This document shows positions 5,811-11,731 of a stretch of DNA of 11,731 nucleotides, in pieces (position 1 is the first letter of the stretch; every line of letters begins with the position of its first letter). The DNA is taken from the IMG/VR virus record IMGVR_UViG_2690316156_000010; one strand, written 5' to 3'. Below the pieces are notes generated by a model that was not told the DNA's origin, did no database searches, and saw nothing but the letters and a program-made list of their open reading frames with translations. A program made the position numbers and the translations under genes. The DNA is from a virus. Taxonomy: Duplodnaviria; Heunggongvirae; Uroviricota; Caudoviricetes.

Positions 5811-7559
5811 TTATAAAAACGCGTCACAATCATCAGTTGTAATTGCGTTGGTCTGCGTTACTCCCTTAACTCTCCGCGTAATATATTCATGTCCGTAAAC
5901 TTTTGCCGCTGGCTTCATGGCCTTGCTGAACTCAGCCACGTTTAGCGGTTTGCTCCTGCCTGCGTATGCCATAAACGCCAGATAGACGCGGTAAAGGCTG
6001 TTTCTGGTCGTGTACTTCACGGAATCGCCACCGCCACCCATCATCAGGCCGCGCGCTTCCTCCAGAAAATTCAGGAACTGGCAAAACTCAATAACCGGAT
6101 CCGTCTGTTGCTTTATCGCCAGTGCTTCATCACCGTCGCGCTGTTCCAGTAATAAAGCCCGTGCCTTTTCAGGGTCGGCAAAATTAGCCAGCAAGCGACG
6201 GATAATTACGGGGATTTCAGCCGCGACCTTCTCCGGCAAATCCTTGTCTTTTTCGTCCTCCCTTACAATGTTGTCGAACCGGAAAATCACCCGACGGCGT
6301 GACACACCTCCGGCCCGCTCGGTGAATATCATCGGGTTATTGTTGGTAGCCAGCACCACCGCCCTGATTACCGCCGTGAAACGCTTTTCATATTTCGGGT
6401 TAATTTCCACGGGGTCGCCGCCTGTGATTTTCTTGATGCCCGTTCCTTCGCCTGTATATTTCGGCTGGTCAGCCAGGACGATAAGACGACTCCCGACAAC
6501 CTGCGCACGTCCACCAGCATCATCAAGCGATGTCATTTCAGCGCTTACCGTGTTCTGTTTCCCTGCCAGAAGGCTGGCTATGTGTGTGAATGTACTTTTA
6601 CCGCTACCGCCCTCTCCGGTGGCCTCAATAAACATCTGCCAGTCGTACCGGTTCGCCATAATCATGTACAGCGCGGCACATATACGCATCATCTTGCGCG
6701 AGTCTTTTCCGGCTGCGTGCTCAAGCCATTTATGAAAGTTTGGCGCGTTATCGCGGATGTTCTCCCCTGGTGCTGGTGGCGTGTACTCAATGCCGTTGTT
6801 CGTGGTGATCCAGTTCTCCGGCGTGTGCGGGGAAAATTCCCCCGTTTTCAGGTCAAGCGCACCATTGGCGAACGGCAGCAAATCGCCGGACGGCTCGCCC
6901 ATTGGTTCGGCAATAACTTTTAACGCTTCCACGGCGTTATTGATTACGCGCTTGCTGAAAGTGGCCCTGTGCTCTGAATAGATCGCCACCATTTCGCGGC
7001 TAAGTTCCATTGTGCTGACCGGACACCATACCCCGCCGCGCCATACGTGAACGATTTCACTTTCCGGATGCACACAAACGCCATCAAATCGACCAGCAAG
7101 CATCTGTGCGCGCTCACTGTCTGCCATTTGTGCCAGTTGCGTATTTTTCTGCTCCGGCATGGTAAGCCCTGCGGCAATATTTTCACGCTCAGCATTCAGA
7201 TAGCGCCGCCAGTTTTCACACTTCTGGACGTGCATTCCTTCGGGGTAAAAATTTGCGTCCTGAATATCTGCCGCCGCCAGCTTCTGACCAATCTTTTTGG
7301 TCTCCACCAAATCCAGTTCTCCGGCCTGGTACAGCCTTACGCGTTTTTTTCCATCAGGAACAATTTGCAGTGCATCAAGTTCGGCAAGCTGATTTGGCCC
7401 AAGCCACACAGGAGGCACATTATCGCCGGATGCGGGGCCGTCCTGCTCCTGCCACTGTTTTGCATGTGCCCACGCATCACTACCCGCGAAAATAATCACC
7501 TCTGTGTCTTTGTGTTTTATTCCGCGTGGCTGTTTTTTTACGTTCGGTGCCAGTTTCAT
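5811..7559 (-). CDS. Replication initiator: primase / D5-type helicase fusion (P4 alpha-like, 582 aa)
   Basis: Walker A P-loop GEGGSGKST mid-protein with a downstream LIVLAD hydrophobic-acidic stretch (Walker B-like); size and position (after small early ORFs, before ori) match satellite pri/rep genes. ATG at 7559-7557 overlaps the upstream stop. Confidence 0.85.
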   Translation of the reverse strand: MKLAPNVKKQPRGIKHKDTEVIIFAGSDAWAHAKQWQEQDGPASGDNVPPVWLGPNQLAELDALQIVPDGKKRVRLYQAGELDLVETKKIGQKLAAADIQDANFYPEGMHVQKCENWRRYLNAERENIAAGLTMPEQKNTQLAQMADSERAQMLAGRFDGVCVHPESEIVHVWRGGVWCPVSTMELSREMVAIYSEHRATFSKRVINNAVEALKVIAEPMGEPSGDLLPFANGALDLKTGEFSPHTPENWITTNNGIEYTPPAPGENIRDNAPNFHKWLEHAAGKDSRKMMRICAALYMIMANRYDWQMFIEATGEGGSGKSTFTHIASLLAGKQNTVSAEMTSLDDAGGRAQVVGSRLIVLADQPKYTGEGTGIKKITGGDPVEINPKYEKRFTAVIRAVVLATNNNPMIFTERAGGVSRRRVIFRFDNIVREDEKDKDLPEKVAAEIPVIIRRLLANFADPEKARALLLEQRDGDEALAIKQQTDPVIEFCQFLNFLEEARGLMMGGGGDSVKYTTRNSLYRVYLAFMAYAGRSKPLNVAEFSKAMKPAAKVYGHEYITRRVKGVTQTNAITTDDCDAFL

Positions 7560-7855
7560 TTTTTACCCCTGAATACGTTAAGCATCTTTTTTATTTCCTG
7601 AATATTGGCGCGTGCTTTCTCCCTGCTGGTTGGAACGTTACGCGGTACAGCCTGCACCAGAGAAAAATCACGGTCGAACTGATAAACAGGCATCACGCAA
7701 TCATATTCGTAGCCTTCACGACGGTAGGTTACGCGCCGTTCCTCCACGCCCTTAATCATTACCGTGCCGCCGTACTGGTCGCGGTAAATATCACCGCGCA
7801 TGAATTTAGTGCGAGTTTTGCCACTGGCAGTTAAGCCAGAATATTTAAGTTTCAT
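7556..7855 (-). CDS. Hypothetical protein, 99 aa, immediately upstream of and coupled to the primase gene
   Basis: ATG at 7855-7853 with GGAG upstream; TGA overlaps the primase ATG. No family recognised. Confidence 0.5.
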   Translation of the reverse strand: MKLKYSGLTASGKTRTKFMRGDIYRDQYGGTVMIKGVEERRVTYRREGYEYDCVMPVYQFDRDFSLVQAVPRNVPTSREKARANIQEIKKMLNVFRGKK

Positions 7856-7860
7856 TATTT

Positions 7861-8088
7861 TTATTCTCCGGTATGGGGCGAGTTATTATTCTCGTGAATT
7901 GCCATCACTGTATTTAATTCATTAATAACAGGCGTTAATAGCGTACGCACGGCAGAAAACATCATTGAATCAGATTCATCGCCACTTTCCGGCACATCAA
8001 TTAACTTAAGTAGTAATGCGTCCATTTCCTTTGCGAGGATTAATGCGTTTTCAGAATGAACAAGAACATCAAAGGGTATTTTATGCAT
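7861..8088 (-). CDS. Hypothetical protein, ~75 aa (track shows 7861-8190 from a start without a ribosome-binding site)
   Basis: ATG at 8088-8086 preceded by GGGGGGAG; this start overlaps the stop of the upstream ORF by 8 nt (ATGCATAA). Confidence 0.4.
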   Translation of the reverse strand: MHKIPFDVLVHSENALILAKEMDALLLKLIDVPESGDESDSMMFSAVRTLLTPVINELNTVMAIHENNNSPHTGE

Positions 8089-8545
8089 GACTCCCCCCCT
8101 GGCGAATACGGGCGACAAAAATAAGATGTGCGTGCGGCAGCTGTGCACGTGCTTCGCGCTCAGTGGCAGCGGTAACGGTGAATATTGCAATACTGTCTGT
8201 CAGGCACTGCATAAAGCGCCAGACAAAATAAGGGCGTGCGGATACAGCCATGTGAAAGGCTCCCAGATGAATTTTAAGGAGTCTCGCTACTACGCTGTCA
8301 AACATGGTGGCGAGACGTAACAGGGTTGACAGACTGGTCATCTGGAAACCAGCGAGCACAAAGGCTCCCCCGTTACGCCCCGCCATAATGCGGGTATGGG
8401 TAGGTTTACGGACACAAAAAAACCGCTTATCGGATGTGGGCGGCTGTCCGCCAGATGTATTCAGGCTGTCAAACCCGGTCGCCATGTGGGCGACGGGGGA
8501 AGCATACAGCCCCGTGATAATTTTTTGCAAGCGGTTTTTACGCAT
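8081..8545 (-). CDS. Repeat-unit ORF B (154 aa from ATG 8545) ending in an Icd-like small domain; an internal SD+ATG at 8251 could give an independent 56-aa product
   Basis: C-terminal 56 aa MAVSARPYFVWRF…TEREARAQLPHAHLIFVARIRQGGSHA is paralogous to two other copies; GGGAG lies 8 nt before the internal ATG at 8251. The ATG at 8545 overlaps the stop of ORF A. Icd-like assignment is from memory of similarly annotated small proteins in P4/PICI elements. Confidence 0.45.
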   Translation of the reverse strand: MRKNRLQKIITGLYASPVAHMATGFDSLNTSGGQPPTSDKRFFCVRKPTHTRIMAGRNGGAFVLAGFQMTSLSTLLRLATMFDSVVARLLKIHLGAFHMAVSARPYFVWRFMQCLTDSIAIFTVTAATEREARAQLPHAHLIFVARIRQGGSHA

Positions 8546-9095
8546 GATGTGACCCCTGACGAATACGAGCGGCAAATACAGCAACACAACCTGACGGGCA
8601 ACGGCTACGCGCTTCGCGTTCTGTCCAGGCGGTTACGTGGATGATTTGAGATTCTGACGCGCCAAAGATGATAAAGCGCCAGATAAATGCGGTTTGAGAA
8701 TGTACAAGGGTAGGGATAGTAGCCATGTTGGCAGCCTCCTCAGTGTGGTTAAGATAACCGCCACGCAAAAGGCTAATTTCGCTGGTGGCGGACTGTACAG
8801 GGTTAGCCTTACCGGACACTGAAGAAACCGGCGCGGATTGCTCCGCCCCCGTACAGCCCACCATTGATAAGGTGTGACTATGCGGCACAAAAAAACACGC
8901 GGGGCGCGTGCTGTGCGCTTCAGTTGTTTTCAGGAGGCTAATCCCGACACCCGTTTTATGAGGTGCGCGGGAATCATAGCCATTTTTGCTGGTGGCGATC
9001 AAGCGGTTTTTTTCTCCGGCACTCAGTGCCAGAAAACGCCACACAAAGGCCGTTTGTGTGTGTACAAGGTGTGGTATATGATTTACGGCAACCAT
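8538..9095 (-). CDS. Repeat-unit ORF A (185 aa from ATG 9095) carrying two Icd-like repeats; an internal SD+ATG at 8726 could give an independent 62-aa product
   Basis: N-terminal copy MVAVNHIPHLVHTQTAFVWRF (SD GGAG before 9095) and C-terminal copy MATIPTLVHSQTAFIWRF…TEREARSRC…FAARIRQGSHHA (SD GAGGAGG before 8726). Between the copies, differences are mostly synonymous in this frame (CAT/CAC, ACC/ACG, GCA/GCC, CGC/CGT) and non-synonymous in the plus frame, which supports minus-strand coding. Confidence 0.45.
   Translation of the reverse strand: MVAVNHIPHLVHTQTAFVWRFLALSAGEKNRLIATSKNGYDSRAPHKTGVGISLLKTTEAHSTRPACFFVPHSHTLSMVGCTGAEQSAPVSSVSGKANPVQSATSEISLLRGGYLNHTEEAANMATIPTLVHSQTAFIWRFIIFGASESQIIHVTAWTEREARSRCPSGCVAVFAARIRQGSHHA
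8889..8910 (-). terminator. Intrinsic-terminator-like hairpin plus U7 inside ORF A (possible attenuator)
   Basis: On the minus transcript CACGCG-CCC-CGCGUG followed by UUUUUUU (plus 8896-8910 with A7 at 8889-8895), about 190 nt after the ORF A start; the U-run encodes the conserved CFFV residues. Confidence 0.35.
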
Positions 9096-9104
9096 AACGG
9101 CTCC

Positions 9105-9224
9105 TAGTTTACGTTGTTGGTTAGAAGCCCCGTTACTGCTCCTACAGTGCGGGGCTTTGCTTTTTGTGTTGATTGTGTGTAATGTGTCATTACACATAAA
9201 TACATTACATGAGGTGTAATTAAC
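9105..9224. promoter_or_regulatory. Divergent control region between the RHH gene (plus) and the early/replication operon (minus), with operator-like palindromes
   Basis: Inverted repeat TGTGTAATG-N3-CATTACACA at 9176-9196, further half-sites CATTACA (9203-9209) and TGTAAT (9215-9220), and a 7-bp-stem hairpin at 9126-9156. I could not place convincing -35/-10 boxes. Confidence 0.45.
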
Positions 9225-9404
9225 GTGTCAACACACAAAAACGAAAGGCGTGGTAATCCTCCGTTCCAGTTCCGTTTAGATCCTGACTTACGGGAAAAGA
9301 TGGAAAAGGCACAACAACAGGACGGCGATGATTCTCTTGCTGCCTGGATAAAGCGAATAATCCGCAAAGAATTACAGCAACGCGGCATAGAACCCAAAGG
9401 ATAA
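9225..9404 (+). CDS. Arc/Mnt-type ribbon-helix-helix DNA-binding protein (59 aa, GTG start; not in the ORF track)
   Basis: GTG at 9225 with SD GAGGTG 8 nt upstream and an in-frame stop just before it; translation VSTHKNERRGNPPFQFRLDPDLREKMEKAQQQDGDDSLAAWIKRIIRKELQQRGIEPKG shows the beta-strand (FQFRL) then two helices typical of Arc/CopG-type repressors. The plus strand is purine-rich here, consistent with sense orientation. Confidence 0.6.
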   Translation: MSTHKNERRGNPPFQFRLDPDLREKMEKAQQQDGDDSLAAWIKRIIRKELQQRGIEPKG

Positions 9405-9461
9405 AAACTATCAGCGCCGTGGTGTGAGGTACTCCGGCGCATTGCTTTACAGGCGCACACA

Positions 9462-9638
9462 ATGACCAACGAAGAATCAACCGAAAAAACATCACCTGCA
9501 CGAAAAAGACGACGCAGAAAGAAAGAGCATGAATCAGAACGATTCGCGCCGTGTTCTTTTGCCCTTGAGAAGTACCTTAAAGAATACTCATCAAAGGAGA
9601 GAGCTTCGCAGTTATGGCAACGAACTGAACCAGACTGA
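9462..9638 (+). CDS. Possible small basic protein (58 aa) downstream of the RHH gene; coding status uncertain
   Basis: ATG at 9462, weak SD, Lys/Arg-rich N-terminus (ARKRRRRKK). An alternative plus frame (9529-9780) and an antisense ORF also exist, so the true product here is unresolved. Confidence 0.2.
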   Translation: MTNEESTEKTSPARKRRRRKKEHESERFAPCSFALEKYLKEYSSKERASQLWQRTEPD

Positions 9639-9734
9639 TTGCATTGCCCACCAGCCTGATAGCGGCTATCATCCCCGTGCTTATGTTTGGGATCACACAC
9701 ACAAACAGCGCAGCGGGTTATCTGTTCAGAAAGA

Positions 9735-9760
9735 CGGCTCCATATCGGGGCCGCTTTTTT
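9735..9760 (+). terminator. Candidate rho-independent terminator for the plus-strand RHH transcript
   Basis: CGGCTCC (9735-9741), loop ATATC, GGGGCCG (9747-9753), then TTTTTT (9755-9760). Confidence 0.4.
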
Positions 9761-9786
9761 CGTGTTTGTCATATCTGTGATACCCG

Positions 9787-9993
9787 TTAAGCAGCCGTTC
9801 CGCGTGCTTCCTCTTCGCGTTCTTTCTGCCAGGACAACACATCATCCTCATACCATCCGCGACGGCGTAAACCAACGCGAAAACCCTGCGGAAATTCTCC
9901 GGCGTTGATCATGCTTTGCAGCGTGCTGTCTGCCTTGATGTGGATAATTTTTTTTACTTCCTGGCGAAAGATAATTTTTCTGATTGCTTCCAT
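9787..9993 (-). CDS. alpA: AlpA-family (MerR-like HTH) transcriptional regulator, 68 aa
   Basis: …IRKIIFRQEV…STLQSMINAGEFPQGFRVGLRRRGWYEDDVLSWQ matches the AlpA pattern (…FP.p.klg.R.v.W.e.ev..W…) and the position just downstream of int is typical for PICI-type islands. ATG at 9993-9991. Confidence 0.7.
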   Translation of the reverse strand: MEAIRKIIFRQEVKKIIHIKADSTLQSMINAGEFPQGFRVGLRRRGWYEDDVLSWQKEREEEARGTAA

Positions 9994-10123
9994 CGTGATT
10001 TACCTTGTGAATCCGGTGTATTCCGGTGACAAATACGGTAAATCATCAGATATGGGTAAAAACAGTTCCCACCGTTTTTAAACGGTATACACCGTTTTTT
10101 ATATTGATGATTTGAAATGGAAT

Positions 10124-10150
10124 TATAAAAAAAGCGGCATTTCTGCCGCT
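10124..10150 (-). terminator. Rho-independent terminator after the int-proximal small ORF
   Basis: AGCGGCA (10133-10139), loop TTTC, TGCCGCT (10144-10150); A-run on plus gives a U7 tail on the minus transcript. Confidence 0.55.
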
Positions 10151-10160
10151 TCCAGGATTG

Positions 10161-10412
10161 TTACCGCCATTTTTTGGGCCTGCCTCCGATCTTCATAGAT
10201 GCCGGACGTACGACCTTATCAATACTTACCGCCAGATTTCTGGAAGCGCCACGGGATACCAGAAAATCTACTACCTGTTTTTTTGATGGGGCCGTCGTTC
10301 TGTCCTCCGGATCGTAGGTTGACCAAAATTCATGCTGAACCATCAGGGCCAGTTGCAGCCCGTCGCAATTGCATCTGATATTTTTTTGCATCTTAACGGT
10401 TTCATGTTTCAC
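10161..10412 (-). CDS. Hypothetical protein, 83 aa, between int and alpA (GTG start at 10412; ATG alternative at 10391)
   Basis: ORF followed immediately by a clean terminator; first codon is GTG on checking the sequence. No family recognised. Confidence 0.4.
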   Translation of the reverse strand: MKHETVKMQKNIRCNCDGLQLALMVQHEFWSTYDPEDRTTAPSKKQVVDFLVSRGASRNLAVSIDKVVRPASMKIGGRPKKWR

Positions 10413-10489
10413 GGCCTTGTCGTTAAATTTGATGCAATTATACGACGGTTTTACATGGTTTTCGTAGTTTTTACTGGTTTTCTGTACAG

Positions 10490-11731
10490 CTACACGGCTC
10501 GGATACCCCTTTTACCACTGGCGAGGGTTACGCCCGTCGCCGCAGCCTCGACAAATTCGCCCCACCAGCGCATCAGCACGATGCGTTTTTCTATGTAGTT
10601 GCTCCGGTTGTATGCCCGTCTAACTTCGTTGGTGTCGACGTGGGCAAGTGCCGCCTCTATTACGTCCGGCTCGAATCCTTCCTCGTTCGCTGCTGTGCTG
10701 AATATGGCGCGTAATCCATGAGACACCAGCACGCCAGCGAATCCCATACGCCGCAATGCTGCGTTAGCTGTCTGGCTGTTCATCGGCTGCTGTGGGTCTT
10801 TCAGACTTGGGAAAACGTAATTGCGGTGGTGGCTGATTGGTTTCATGGCCTCCAGCACCGCCATAGCCTGACCGGAAAGCGGGATAACGTGATCCCTGCG
10901 CATCTTCATGCGTCCGGCAGGTATCGTCCATTGCTTCGCGTCCAGGTTGATTTCATCCCACCGCGTTGATGACGCTTCGGCGGGACGGGTTACGGTCAGT
11001 AACTGCCATTCAATCAGTAATCTGGTCTGCCGTTCTGTTGCCGATACTGATAAAGCCTGCATAAGCTCGGGCAGCTGTTCGGGGCGGATTGTTGGCATAT
11101 GTTTTTTTACAGGTGAGGGAAACGCCTTACGCACATTCATAGCCGGATTGGCATCAATCAGCCCACTGTTGGCGGCGTAATCCATTACCTCATTAACGCG
11201 CTGTAAAACCCGCTTGAGTGTTTCCAGGTTGCCGCGCTCCTTGATGGGGGTAAGCACTTCAACGAACCTTCGGGCGGTGAGGGTATCTATTGGCGTGTTG
11301 CCGATGAACGGGAATACATATTTATCCAGCGAACGCCAGATGTCTTTAATCGTGTTGGGGGCCAGATTCTGGCTGATTTTCACCTGGTACCATGCCGCCG
11401 CCACATTTTCGAACGTGTTCCCTTGTCTTCGGGCCTCTGTCTCTCTTTTTTGCCTCTCGTGGTCCTGCGGGTCAGTTCCGGCACTGATTAACGTCCTGTA
11501 CTCGCTACGGCGTTTTCTGGCATCAGCCAGGGAAACATCTTCAAGCGATCCAAAACTCAGCAATATTCTTTTTTTGTCCGATGGTCGGTAGTAGGAAAAT
11601 CTCCAGAGTTTTGATCCAGACGGTTTGACCAGGAGAAAAAGCCCTCCGCCGTCCTGCAGGGTGTACTCCTTTTGCGCTGGTCTGGCTGCTTTGATCTGCA
11701 CTGTGGTTAATGGGTGTGTTTTTCTCGCCAT
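10490..11731 (-). CDS. int: Tyrosine recombinase / integrase, P4-type (413 aa)
   Basis: N-terminal arm-binding-like region (…LFLLVKPSGSKLWRFSYY…) and C-terminal catalytic motifs (HGLRAIF = H-x-x-R; RRAYNRSNY with the Tyr). The ATG is the last three bases of the window, so the attachment site and tRNA are outside it. Confidence 0.9.
   Translation of the reverse strand: MARKTHPLTTVQIKAARPAQKEYTLQDGGGLFLLVKPSGSKLWRFSYYRPSDKKRILLSFGSLEDVSLADARKRRSEYRTLISAGTDPQDHERQKRETEARRQGNTFENVAAAWYQVKISQNLAPNTIKDIWRSLDKYVFPFIGNTPIDTLTARRFVEVLTPIKERGNLETLKRVLQRVNEVMDYAANSGLIDANPAMNVRKAFPSPVKKHMPTIRPEQLPELMQALSVSATERQTRLLIEWQLLTVTRPAEASSTRWDEINLDAKQWTIPAGRMKMRRDHVIPLSGQAMAVLEAMKPISHHRNYVFPSLKDPQQPMNSQTANAALRRMGFAGVLVSHGLRAIFSTAANEEGFEPDVIEAALAHVDTNEVRRAYNRSNYIEKRIVLMRWWGEFVEAAATGVTLASGKRGIRAV

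Noticed and set aside
6010-7601. Several plus-strand ORFs (6010-6735, 6582-6923, 6757-6981, 7047-7601, 7253-7495) and minus ORF 6944-7195
   Set aside because: All lie inside or antisense to the primase-helicase gene, have biased low-complexity composition and no ribosome-binding sites; treated as shadow frames.
8087-9107. Plus-strand ORFs across the repeat block (8087-8320, 8304-8552, 8396-8644, 8874-9107)
   Set aside because: Differences between repeat copies are non-synonymous in these frames but synonymous in the minus frame, so the minus strand is the coding strand.
9104-9772. 222-aa minus-strand ORF spanning the RHH region
   Set aside because: Runs antisense through the well-formed RHH gene on a pyrimidine-rich strand with Cys/Ser-rich low-complexity composition; most likely a shadow ORF, though its N-terminal part is kept as an open question in the findings.

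Overview
The window is almost entirely one mobile element on the minus strand: a cos-type phage satellite (PICI/P4-like chromosomal island). Its first gene is a P4-family tyrosine integrase whose start codon is the last base of the window (11731), so the tRNA/attL side lies outside. Reading leftward: integrase, small ORF, AlpA regulator, a regulatory hub with a plus-strand Arc/Mnt-type ribbon-helix-helix gene, a tandemly duplicated block of small Icd-like ORFs, primase-helicase with an iteron origin, a short SSB and a PerC-like regulator, then a separately promoted capsid module encoding homologs of lambda major capsid protein gpE and decoration protein gpD, and finally two inverted lambda-type cos sites. 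No portal, protease, scaffold, terminase, tail or lysis genes are present, so this is a satellite, not a prophage. The left ~600 bp is a truncated autotransporter remnant with terminators; I could not locate attR. The most interesting points are the satellite-encoded gpE/gpD pair, the inverted double cos with non-lambda cosB repeats, and the duplicated small-ORF array with an embedded terminator. All family assignments are from motif-level reading and recalled sequences, not from searches.
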